Positions 46,338 to 55,306 of a stretch of 64,000 nucleotides of DNA are shown in pieces; position 1 is the stretch's first letter, and the number at the start of each line of letters is the position of its first letter. The position numbers and the translations under genes are program-made. The stretch is from contig CAYOHI010000002.1 in assembly GCA_964403725.1 (NCBI GenBank), forward strand, positions 21,644 to 85,643, read 5' to 3'. The notes beneath the pieces are model-generated. The model searched no databases and was not told where the DNA came from. It was given only the letters and a program-made list of their open reading frames with translations. The DNA is from an uncultured Candidatus Saccharibacteria bacterium (GTDB lineage Bacteria > Patescibacteriota > Minisyncoccia > Portnoybacterales > UBA2143).

Positions 46338-47051
46338 ATGGAAAATGTCTTGTTAATCAACAGAATAGAAGATATTAAATTATTAACCGATAAGTATTCT
46401 CGTGTTTATCTTGGCAACGAGTTCTGTTCTAGATTGTTGCCGACTGAATCTGAGATAAAGAAGATATTAGCTGTAGTTAAGAAAGAAAAACTAAAATTAA
46501 CTATTGTCACATCATTTGCCGGTGAAGATGAATTAAAAAAGATAAAGAAGTTTTTTAGCATAGTTAATAAGCATGAGATGTTAGATGAAGTAGTTGTAAA
46601 TGATTATGGAATCTTGAATCTTTTAATCAATAAATATCCAAAAGTTAAATTGGTTGCTGGCCGGGCTCTATCAAGATTCTATAATTTTGATAAAAAGAAT
46701 TATTTGTATGATAAGATTGGAATAAGGAGGTTTGAATTCGATAGTAATCGCATTAATGAAGATGCTTTAAAAAATATATCTTCAGTAAAATTTTCCTATT
46801 ATCATCCCTATTCTATCCTGAATACGACGCGCTATTGTTCAGTAGTAGACAAGAAAAACAAAAGTAGTAATATTGGTATTCTAAAATGCAATCAGGAATG
46901 TCAAAAAATCGGTTCTCTAAAGCTGAAAAACAAGCTTATTAGAAACAAATTAACTCTTAGAGGAAATGCAATATTTATTAATAATAAAGAAGATAAGTTA
47001 AAAGTCATAAAGAATATTAAAGCGATCGATCGTTTAGTATTTCAAAATTAA
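46338..47051 (+). CDS. small U32-family protein paralog (second UbiV-like candidate)
   Basis: RVYLGNEFCSRLLP and C-x16-C-x3-C (RYCSVV...ILKCNQEC). Paralog of 43431..44195. Confidence 0.4.
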   Translation: MENVLLINRIEDIKLLTDKYSRVYLGNEFCSRLLPTESEIKKILAVVKKEKLKLTIVTSFAGEDELKKIKKFFSIVNKHEMLDEVVVNDYGILNLLINKYPKVKLVAGRALSRFYNFDKKNYLYDKIGIRRFEFDSNRINEDALKNISSVKFSYYHPYSILNTTRYCSVVDKKNKSSNIGILKCNQECQKIGSLKLKNKLIRNKLTLRGNAIFINNKEDKLKVIKNIKAIDRLVFQN

Positions 47052-47053
47052 TT

Positions 47054-47905
47054 ATGCCTAATATCTTAATAACAAATACTTGCAATCAGAAATGCCCATA
47101 TTGTTTCGCCCGAGATGAAATGAAGAATAAGAAAAAGCCGAATGAAATGTCTTTTGGTGATTTTAAAAAGATAATCAATCTTTTCAAGAAAGACGAAGAG
47201 CGATGCATCCGGTTAATGGGCGGAGAACCAACCCTTCATTCTAAATTTAAAGAGATTGTAGATTATTCCCTAAACGAAGGTTTTCTTGTCCAAATTTTTA
47301 CCAATGGTATTTTTAATAATGATATTTTAGAATTTCTTTTAAGCAAGAAAGATTTGATTAAATACAGTTTCAATCTTAATCATCCCAATAAATACGATAA
47401 AAAAACATGGGAATTGATCAATAGAAATATTAAAGAATTATCTGTCTTCAAGAAAGTGCTTGTTGGAGGAGTGGTGTCTGATAAGAATTTCAATATAGAC
47501 TACTTAGTAGAGATTGCAGATAAAAATAAGATAATAAATATTGCTTTGCGCCCAGATAATACTGTTGATAAGAATAAGGATATTGCAAAAACAATAATTA
47601 GAGAAATTAAAAAAGTTGATAAGAAAAAGTTTAATATTTGCTATGGTTGCGGCTTGTCAAAAGATGATTTAACGGATAATCAAATAAAGTTAATCGAAAG
47701 TCATTGTCGCCAAGAAGTGAAGTATGGATGTGATGGTAATAGCGGGCGTTTTGATATTGATGTGGATCTATCTGTCTTTCGTTGTTTCCCTTTATCAAAA
47801 TGGCATGTTAAAAAAATTGATGATTTTAATAATTTAGAAGAAATAGAAGAATACTTTAATAGTTTAATTAGGAACAATAAGGTTAATTGTGCTTTGATTG
47901 AATAA
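47054..47905 (+). CDS. radical SAM protein with C-terminal auxiliary Cys motifs
   Basis: ITNTCNQKCPYC (CxxxCxxC) and GGEPTLH. C-terminal CYGCG...C...YGCDGNSG. Confidence 0.7.
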   Translation: MPNILITNTCNQKCPYCFARDEMKNKKKPNEMSFGDFKKIINLFKKDEERCIRLMGGEPTLHSKFKEIVDYSLNEGFLVQIFTNGIFNNDILEFLLSKKDLIKYSFNLNHPNKYDKKTWELINRNIKELSVFKKVLVGGVVSDKNFNIDYLVEIADKNKIINIALRPDNTVDKNKDIAKTIIREIKKVDKKKFNICYGCGLSKDDLTDNQIKLIESHCRQEVKYGCDGNSGRFDIDVDLSVFRCFPLSKWHVKKIDDFNNLEEIEEYFNSLIRNNKVNCALIE

Positions 47906-48974
47906 TATGAAAATAGCTTTATTTTGCTCATCAAGAAATAGGATTCCATCAATCAAGACTGGCGGCACTGAACAGCCAATTTACTATTTGGCTAAAACTT
48001 TAGCTGAGCGTAAGCATGATGTCACGGTTTTTGCCGCTAAAGGATCAAGAATACCAAAAGTAAAAGTAAAGGAGATATCGCCTTTCGTGACTTTTGCTAA
48101 GCAAAAATTCTTAAATCTCCAAGAAAGGATTTCCAGCTTTTACGACTTGTCTGCCTTGGCTGATTTTTTCCACAATGAAGCTGATAAATATGATATCATT
48201 CAATTCAACAGCTATATATTCTATGAAATATTACCCTTTCTTAAATTAACTGAAAAGCCAGTAATAATTAGGATTAACTATCCTCATAATCTGATTTATC
48301 CATATATTAAAGATGAGTTGTTAAAGTATAAAAATGTTCATTACCTGCCAATATCTAAATTTATAAAATCAGCTATGCCAGACTTGAATTATTTGAATCC
48401 GATTTATCCAGGAATAGATATTAATGATTTTAAATACTCTGCAAAACACAAAGACTATTTACTATTCATAGGACGAGTTTGTCATAATAAAGGTGCTCAT
48501 CTGGCAATTGAAGTCGCTAGGAAAACTAATAATAAATTAATAATTGCTGGAAGGATTGATCAGGAAGACGGAGATAAATATTATAAAGAAGAAGTAGAGC
48601 CATATTTAAATGATAAAATACAATATATAGGAGAAGTGGATTTTAAAACTAAAGTAAAATTATACCGAGGAGCAATAACTACTTTATTCCCAATTCTCTG
48701 GGATGAGCCCTTTGGCAATGTTCCAATTGAATCCATGGCTTGTGGTACGCCAGTAATAGCGTTTGATAGAGCTGCCATGAAAGAATCAGTCAAAGATAAG
48801 CTTAGTGGGTTTTTAGTTAAAAATATCAGCCAAATGATTAAAAAGGTTAGTGAAATAGAGAAAATAGATAGAGAAAAAACAAGGAAGTGGGCAATTGATA
48901 ATTTTTCTAATGAAATAATAACTGATAAATATATTAAATCATACAAAAAGTTAAATGATAAAAAAACCGATTAA
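47898..48974 (+). CDS. family-1/4 glycosyltransferase (GT-B)
   Basis: EPFGNVPIESMACGTPVIA matches the GT4 E-x7-E motif. Confidence 0.7.
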   Translation: MNNMKIALFCSSRNRIPSIKTGGTEQPIYYLAKTLAERKHDVTVFAAKGSRIPKVKVKEISPFVTFAKQKFLNLQERISSFYDLSALADFFHNEADKYDIIQFNSYIFYEILPFLKLTEKPVIIRINYPHNLIYPYIKDELLKYKNVHYLPISKFIKSAMPDLNYLNPIYPGIDINDFKYSAKHKDYLLFIGRVCHNKGAHLAIEVARKTNNKLIIAGRIDQEDGDKYYKEEVEPYLNDKIQYIGEVDFKTKVKLYRGAITTLFPILWDEPFGNVPIESMACGTPVIAFDRAAMKESVKDKLSGFLVKNISQMIKKVSEIEKIDREKTRKWAIDNFSNEIITDKYIKSYKKLNDKKTD

Positions 48975-49809
48975 ATCCTTGCATTGGAGTGTAAACCGGA
49001 CTTGTAATTATAATTGCACCTACTGCGTGTCAGGCAACAGAAAGAGAAGTTTTTCTCCACATCCTAAGCTTTTCTTAAGTGAATTGGAAAAGCATCTTAA
49101 AGGAAGTTGGTTGATTCTTTTTACTGGTTCAGGTGAACCGTTCTTGACTCCAGATTTTCTTTCTATCGTAAACAAGCTTGTTAAGATGGGCCATAAAATT
49201 GGGGTAATAACTAATTTTTCATCATCATTAGACGACTTGGTAAAATTTTGCAAAATCACTAAAGGAAATTTACATGAGTTTGGCGCCAGCCTGCATCTTG
49301 AGAAAGTTGATGTGAATGAATTCATTGAAAAAGCTAAGGTCATTAATGATTTAACTGATGGTCTTCTAATAGTCAGGTCGGTAGCCGTTAAAGACAAAGT
49401 AAAAGAAATCTATAATATTGGTGAAAGATTTAAAAAAGAAGGTATAAAGTTTAGCTTGCAATTACAAAGAGTTCATGATCGAAAGTTAGGTGATAAAGAC
49501 AATCCCTATGTTAATTACAATAAGGAAGAAAAAAATATATTAAAGAGTTTAGGAAAGTTTCATTATAATAAGGATAATCTTAGATTTAAAGGCAAAAGGT
49601 GCTGGGCCGGTATCAAATATTTATCAATTAGCGAGGATGGTGAGGTTTGGAAGTGTCTTCCAGCAAGACGCTATAAGTTAAGCCAGGAAGATTATTTAGG
49701 CAATGTACTGGATAAAAGTTTTAAATTAAAAAAAGAACCTGACGTTTGTAGATACAATTATTGTTACTGTTTAGACGCATATATGAATAACATTGTCATT
49801 AACGATTAA
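48955..49809 (+). CDS. radical SAM protein (paralog A)
   Basis: VNRTCNYNCTYC (CxxxCxxC) and GSGEPFL. C-terminal CRYNYCYC. Confidence 0.65.
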   Translation: MIKKPIKSLHWSVNRTCNYNCTYCVSGNRKRSFSPHPKLFLSELEKHLKGSWLILFTGSGEPFLTPDFLSIVNKLVKMGHKIGVITNFSSSLDDLVKFCKITKGNLHEFGASLHLEKVDVNEFIEKAKVINDLTDGLLIVRSVAVKDKVKEIYNIGERFKKEGIKFSLQLQRVHDRKLGDKDNPYVNYNKEEKNILKSLGKFHYNKDNLRFKGKRCWAGIKYLSISEDGEVWKCLPARRYKLSQEDYLGNVLDKSFKLKKEPDVCRYNYCYCLDAYMNNIVIND

Positions 49810-50706
49810 TTGCATATGAATAAGATAGAAAATCACAAAAGAAAAAACAGGAGAAAACCGGTTAAATCTGTTAATTGGAATATCTCTGGAATTTGCAACT
49901 ACGATTGTAGTTATTGTGTCAGTAAGCCGGGTTTAAACAAGAAGATTTCTTATCCAGATCCATATGGATTTTTAGATATGTTTTCAAAAAAGTTAAAAGG
50001 AAGCTGGCGTTTTCATTTGGCTGGAAGCGGAGAACCTCTTTTGGTGCCTAATTTTTCAAAGATAGTTAGCGAACTAACAAAAATGGGACATGGAATTTAT
50101 ATCTCTACTAATTTTTCTTTGCCTTTAGAAAAACTTTTAGAAATTTGCAATGTTGCCAATAGGGATAATTTGTGGCTTTCTGTAAGTTTGCATCTTGAAT
50201 TTGCTGATGTTGATGATTTTTTTAAAAAAGCAATTGAAGTTAGAAAGAATATCGGGTATAGATTTTCAGCTACCTCAGTGGCTAGGAAAGATCAAGTATC
50301 AAAACTTAAAGAAATAGGTAATCGTTTTAGAAAAGAAAAAATTAGATTCATAATGCGACCAGAAAGGACTGTCAATAATACGGCTCAGCCATTTGTTGAT
50401 TATAGTAAAAAAGAATTGGATATCATTAGTAAATTCAACAAGAAAAAAGTTTTTTTTGATGAAAGTATTTCCAATTTAAAAGGTAAGCTGTGTCTGGCTG
50501 GAAGTAAATATTTCATAATTTCTGAAAAAGGTGATGTTTGGCGATGTTTTCCAGCAGCTAGACACAAAGATAAAAATGGTTATCTGGGCAACCTATTGAA
50601 GGGTGATTTTGAATTAAAGAAAGATCCTTCTGTTTGTCCTTATGAAAATTGCTATTGTCGATTGCCTATTACTAATAATTTGATTGTAGATGATATAGAT
50701 TTATGA
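49810..50706 (+). CDS. radical SAM protein (paralog A', tandem duplicate of the previous)
   Basis: SGICNYDCSYC and GSGEPLL. C-terminal CPYENCYC. Collinear similarity with 48955..49809. Confidence 0.65.
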   Translation: MHMNKIENHKRKNRRKPVKSVNWNISGICNYDCSYCVSKPGLNKKISYPDPYGFLDMFSKKLKGSWRFHLAGSGEPLLVPNFSKIVSELTKMGHGIYISTNFSLPLEKLLEICNVANRDNLWLSVSLHLEFADVDDFFKKAIEVRKNIGYRFSATSVARKDQVSKLKEIGNRFRKEKIRFIMRPERTVNNTAQPFVDYSKKELDIISKFNKKKVFFDESISNLKGKLCLAGSKYFIISEKGDVWRCFPAARHKDKNGYLGNLLKGDFELKKDPSVCPYENCYCRLPITNNLIVDDIDL

Positions 50707-51629
50707 ATGGAAAAACTAGAAAATACTTTAATACTTTAATAATTGAGCCGACTAATAGGTGTAATTTAATGTGTCCTATTTGTCCTACGGGTAGTAACAT
50801 TAATGAAAAATTAAAGGGAGACATGACTTTTCAACAATTCAAAAATATTATTAATTCAACTAAGCATTTTTTGAAATTTGTTAATTTATGGGGTTATGGC
50901 GAACCATTTTTAGCGCCGGATATAATGAAGATGATAAATTATACTGGAGAGAACGATATAAAAGTCAACGTTCATACTAATGGCAATGTTTTAAATAAAA
51001 AAACAATGGATCAGTTTAAGGAAAACCATAAGGTGGCAATTTCTTTTTCTGTAGATGGCCTTACTCGAGAATCATATAGTTATTACAGAAGAGGTGGTAA
51101 TCTTAAAAAAGTGCTAGATAATTTATCTTATTTAGTTAATTTAAAGAGGAAGCATAATTTATGCAATTTAGAGATTACTTGGCAGTTTCTAATAAATAAA
51201 GGGAATGAACATGAAGCGGAAAATGCCAGTGAATTTGCCAGGAAAATAGGAGTTGACTATTTCAAACAAAAAACAATTAACGTTAATGAGAAACATCCTG
51301 ATTACAATGATTTCATACCCAGAAGTAGTAAATACAAGAGAAAGAAAGAAACAATTATTAGTACTAAATCATGTATTTTTATTGATCCAGGAATGCCTAA
51401 TGTCTTTTGGGATGGTGATGTTTTGCCTTGTTGTAGATATTATAAAAAAAATAATTACATGGGCAATGTATTTAAAAAAGATTTAATAAAAATTTGGGAT
51501 AGTAAGGTATATAGAAAATTTAGAGATGATCATAAAAAAGGGACAAATAAATTATGCAACAGAAACTGTGGGTTTAGTAAAAAATCAGTAATCTATATTA
51601 ATGAAAAGAATTTTACTTTACGCAGCTAA
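50703..51629 (+). CDS. radical SAM/SPASM-like protein
   Basis: PTNRCNLMCPICP (CxxxCxxC). C-terminal Cys-rich region (CIFID...LPCCRYY...CNRNC). Confidence 0.7.
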   Translation: MNGKTRKYFNTLIIEPTNRCNLMCPICPTGSNINEKLKGDMTFQQFKNIINSTKHFLKFVNLWGYGEPFLAPDIMKMINYTGENDIKVNVHTNGNVLNKKTMDQFKENHKVAISFSVDGLTRESYSYYRRGGNLKKVLDNLSYLVNLKRKHNLCNLEITWQFLINKGNEHEAENASEFARKIGVDYFKQKTINVNEKHPDYNDFIPRSSKYKRKKETIISTKSCIFIDPGMPNVFWDGDVLPCCRYYKKNNYMGNVFKKDLIKIWDSKVYRKFRDDHKKGTNKLCNRNCGFSKKSVIYINEKNFTLRS

Positions 51630-53691
51630 TGGAGTTGGACTGGGTCATTTAAAGAGGGTTAGTTTGGTTGCAGAAAATTTTAAATCAGAAAAGATCGAGA
51701 TAATATTGGCAACTTCATCAAAAAAGCCTAATGCTTTTGGTAAATTCTATAACCACCTTATTAAATTACATCCAATTTCAAACAAAATAATAAAAAGTAG
51801 TTCAGAGAATTTAGATAAAAGACAGAAAAACAAAGAGATTCTTTTGAAATCTTTTAAGAAATTTAAACCAGACTTAGTAATAGCTGATTTTCTCCTGAAT
51901 TCTTGGGAATTTACTTTTCATCCTCTAAGAAGTGCTTTAGATAAGTTTAAAACTAGAGCTGTTTTTGTTTGGCGATTCAAAGATTTTAAGAATTTAGATG
52001 ATGACTTAGATAATAAGGAAGTCAGGAATAAATTAAGGTATTTTGATAAAATTGTAATCTCTCATGACGAAGATGAAATGAAATATCTCTTATCTTCAAA
52101 AGCCCTAAAGAAGATAAAAGATATTCCAAATGCTGAAATTTGCGGACCGATTATTCAAGATTTAGATAAGGATAAAATAAAAAAGACACGCTCAAGGCAC
52201 AAGATATCCAGTGAGGATTTCTTGATAACAGTTACTCTAGGAGCCGGAGGCGTACTAAAAGAAGGTAGTTGTGAGTCGGCTAAAAAAATTGTTGATAATT
52301 TTTTAGCCATTCATAATAGATTAATTAAAAATACCCCAAATCTAAAAGCAATAATCGTTACTGGTCCATATTTTAAAAATACAGAAAAGAAGAAATTTCC
52401 AAAATTAAAATTTGTTAAATTTGAAAAGAATCTACCAGAATTATTATCCCTATCTAATCTAGTTATTTCTGCTGCCGGGTATAATACTTGCAATGAGATT
52501 ATACAAGCAAAAACCCCAGCCATTTTGATTCCGTTATTAAGAGGCAGTAATGAGCAATTTGAAAGAGCCAAGTATCTAAGGAAAAAAGGAATAGCTCTGG
52601 TTCCTAGGAATAATTCTTCAGATGAACTTTTTAATTCAATAATGGATTCCAAAGCGAAAAAGAGGAAATCTTTCAATTTGAAACCAGGAAACAAGAAAGC
52701 AGCTGAAATAGCCTTAAATTTATTAAATGAAAACAATAGGGATTTAAAAGATAATCCATACTTGCCTGATGATAAGGATTTTTTTGATACTGATAAAGCA
52801 AAAATTAAGATAAATTTCAAAAAGAATAAATCCAAACCGAAATTCAGTATTGTTATTCCGACATATAATAAGAAAGAAAGCTTGGAATTCGTTCTGAAAA
52901 GTTTTTTTAATCAAGGTTATCCAAAATCAAAATATGAAATAATAGTCATAGATGACGGTAGTAATGATAATACTTTGGAAATGATAAAAAAACTCAAACC
53001 GACCTGTAATTTCAAATATATCTATTGGCCAAGAAAAAATATAAAAGTCAAAAAGGAGCACAGAAGATTCGCTAAATTCTATAACCGAGCCGGATTAGCC
53101 AGAAATATTGGCATTAAGTATTCAAAAGGAAATATCATTTTATTCAACGACTCAGATATTTTGACAGATAAGGATTGTTTAAAGAAACACAAGAAATATC
53201 ATAGCAAATATTCAAACATAGTAGTTCGTGGATATAGGATGCTTTTGCCAAAGGAATTCAATATTAAAAAAAATAATGATTTAACATTGATTAAGAAAAG
53301 CTCTGTCCAAGAGAAACCTAAAGATGAAACCAAGCTTCATTGTCGAATGTATGACTTATCAAAAGAAGGATGGCAAAGAATTGTTACTTGTAATTTATCA
53401 ATAAAGAAAAAGTATCTTGAAGAAGTAAATGGTTTTAGTAAGGATTTTGTTTTTTGGGGATTTGAAGATGTTGATTTGGGTTATAGATTAAAGAAATTAG
53501 ATTTAAAATTCATTTGGGATGAAAAGATAAAGGTATATCATATCTGGCATCCAAGAGAAGCGGGGAAAAAGAAAAAGGACTTGGAAGCTTTTAAAATAGG
53601 TGCTAATATTCTTTATAACAAGCATAAAGACTGGGAAATAATTAATATTTTTACAGACGTCATAAAACGACGTTTTGGTAAGTTATTATGA
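51601..53691 (+). CDS. bifunctional glycosyltransferase: N-terminal GT-B (MurG/GT28-like) fused to C-terminal GT2
   Basis: N-terminal AANGVGLGHLKR and ISAAGYNTCNEI (GT28 C-terminal-like). C-terminal FSIVIPTYNK..IIVIDDGSNDNT (GT2 DxD) and FWGFEDVDLGYR. Confidence 0.6.
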   Translation: MKRILLYAANGVGLGHLKRVSLVAENFKSEKIEIILATSSKKPNAFGKFYNHLIKLHPISNKIIKSSSENLDKRQKNKEILLKSFKKFKPDLVIADFLLNSWEFTFHPLRSALDKFKTRAVFVWRFKDFKNLDDDLDNKEVRNKLRYFDKIVISHDEDEMKYLLSSKALKKIKDIPNAEICGPIIQDLDKDKIKKTRSRHKISSEDFLITVTLGAGGVLKEGSCESAKKIVDNFLAIHNRLIKNTPNLKAIIVTGPYFKNTEKKKFPKLKFVKFEKNLPELLSLSNLVISAAGYNTCNEIIQAKTPAILIPLLRGSNEQFERAKYLRKKGIALVPRNNSSDELFNSIMDSKAKKRKSFNLKPGNKKAAEIALNLLNENNRDLKDNPYLPDDKDFFDTDKAKIKINFKKNKSKPKFSIVIPTYNKKESLEFVLKSFFNQGYPKSKYEIIVIDDGSNDNTLEMIKKLKPTCNFKYIYWPRKNIKVKKEHRRFAKFYNRAGLARNIGIKYSKGNIILFNDSDILTDKDCLKKHKKYHSKYSNIVVRGYRMLLPKEFNIKKNNDLTLIKKSSVQEKPKDETKLHCRMYDLSKEGWQRIVTCNLSIKKKYLEEVNGFSKDFVFWGFEDVDLGYRLKKLDLKFIWDEKIKVYHIWHPREAGKKKKDLEAFKIGANILYNKHKDWEIINIFTDVIKRRFGKLL

Positions 53692-54707
53692 AAATTTTAG
53701 CTATAGATACAACTGGATTCAGTGCTGGCTTGGCCATAGTTAAGGATGGCAACGAGGTTTTAATGAATAAGATTGGTTCAGGCTATGTTCCTAATAAGCT
53801 TTGGAGTGATTTTCCATATATCTTGCCAGACCAGCACATTAAATTCTTAATTAAAAATACAAAAAAAATTAATTGGAATGAAATTGATGCAATTGCAGTG
53901 AGTGCAGATTCAGGCATATATACCTGTATTTTGGCGGGCGTGGCTATAGCTGAGACCTTAAGTCAGTGTCATAAAAAACAATTAATTAAAGTAGACCATA
54001 TCTTATCTCATCTTTATTCGACTTGGCTTGAAAGGAATCACAAAGATTTTCAATTCCCCATACTAGTTTTTTCTGCCTCGGGCAGTCATAGTGATCTTTC
54101 ATTGCTTAAGGATAGAAAGAGCTGTCAGACAGTTTTTGATACTGTGCCTAAAAAAACTAAAGATGAAGTGAGTTTTTTTATAGGAATTGGTAAGATTTTT
54201 TATCAAGTTGGCAAAAGACTAGGTTTAATTTCCTCATCAGAAGCCGGAGTTGATAGCTTAATAAAGGCAGCTTCTTTAGGTGATGCTAATAAGTTTGATT
54301 TTACTAAATTCTATAAAGGCCCTTTAATGGATCTTAATTTTTTTGATTTTATGGAATCTATCATTAGCTTTGCTGAAAAAGAAAAGAAAAAGAACAGTCA
54401 ATTCATTAATGATGTAGCAGCTAGTTTCCAAGAATCAATTGTTCAAATACTTTCCGATAAGATATTTAGAATAGCTGAAATTAAGAAAGCTAAGGAAATC
54501 CATATTGCTGGTGGCATTTCAATGAATAAGTATTTGGAAAAAACATTGAAACAGAGGATAAAGAAAGAAAAATTGCCTTTTACTCTGCGTTATCCAACTA
54601 AGAAAAATTACCGCTTAGATAATGCTGCTATGATCGGCGCTTTAGCCTATTATCAGAAGAAATATAAGATAAAATTCAAAAACTTTAAACCAAGCGTTAC
54701 AAAATGA
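53688..54707 (+). CDS. Kae1/TsaD/Qri7-family paralog (ASKHA fold), divergent
   Basis: MKILAIDTTG N-terminus, DHILSH in place of the HxEGH metal motif, IHIAGGISMNKYL in place of AGGVxAN. Confidence 0.5.
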   Translation: MKILAIDTTGFSAGLAIVKDGNEVLMNKIGSGYVPNKLWSDFPYILPDQHIKFLIKNTKKINWNEIDAIAVSADSGIYTCILAGVAIAETLSQCHKKQLIKVDHILSHLYSTWLERNHKDFQFPILVFSASGSHSDLSLLKDRKSCQTVFDTVPKKTKDEVSFFIGIGKIFYQVGKRLGLISSSEAGVDSLIKAASLGDANKFDFTKFYKGPLMDLNFFDFMESIISFAEKEKKKNSQFINDVAASFQESIVQILSDKIFRIAEIKKAKEIHIAGGISMNKYLEKTLKQRIKKEKLPFTLRYPTKKNYRLDNAAMIGALAYYQKKYKIKFKNFKPSVTK

Positions 54708-55306
54708 ATATTTTAAAATTCAATCCTAAAAGTAAATTAGAAACTCAAAGAGCGGTTGACGAATCGGTGATAGTTTTAAAAAAGGGAGGTATCATCATTC
54801 ATCCAACTGATACTTGCTATGGCATTGCTGCTGATATGGGAAATGAAAAGGCAATTAAGAAAGTATACCGATTTAAAGGCAGGGATTTTAACAAACCTTG
54901 CTTCATCATTGCTAGAAATGTAAATCAGTTTAAAAAATATGGATCTTGGAATAAATTAGCCCAAGAAATGATTGAAAAGAATCCTAGGAAAATGTTCACT
55001 TTTGTCGTTTCTAGAAAAAAAATGGTGCCTGAATTTTTAAATCCTGATTTTGATACTGTGGGTATTCAAATGCCTAAACGTCCTTTTTCTCAAGTATTGC
55101 TTAAAGATTTTGGCAGGCCGCTGGTTGGCACAAGCGCTAATCTATCTAGTTTGCCAGTTGTCTATTCAATAGAGGAATTAATGGATCAGTTAAGTGATGT
55201 GAAGATTTATCCAGATCTAATTTTAGATGGCGGCCGGTTTCCCATAAAAAAACCTTCTAGTATAATTAGAATAAAAGGAAGGAAAGTCGAAATACTAAGA
55301 AAATGA
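54704..55306 (+). CDS. YrdC/Sua5-family (threonylcarbamoyl-AMP synthase fold) protein
   Basis: IIHPTDTCYGIAADMGNEKAIKKVYRFKGRDFNKP matches the YrdC signature. GRPLVGTSANLS C-terminal motif. Confidence 0.65.
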   Translation: MNILKFNPKSKLETQRAVDESVIVLKKGGIIIHPTDTCYGIAADMGNEKAIKKVYRFKGRDFNKPCFIIARNVNQFKKYGSWNKLAQEMIEKNPRKMFTFVVSRKKMVPEFLNPDFDTVGIQMPKRPFSQVLLKDFGRPLVGTSANLSSLPVVYSIEELMDQLSDVKIYPDLILDGGRFPIKKPSSIIRIKGRKVEILRK

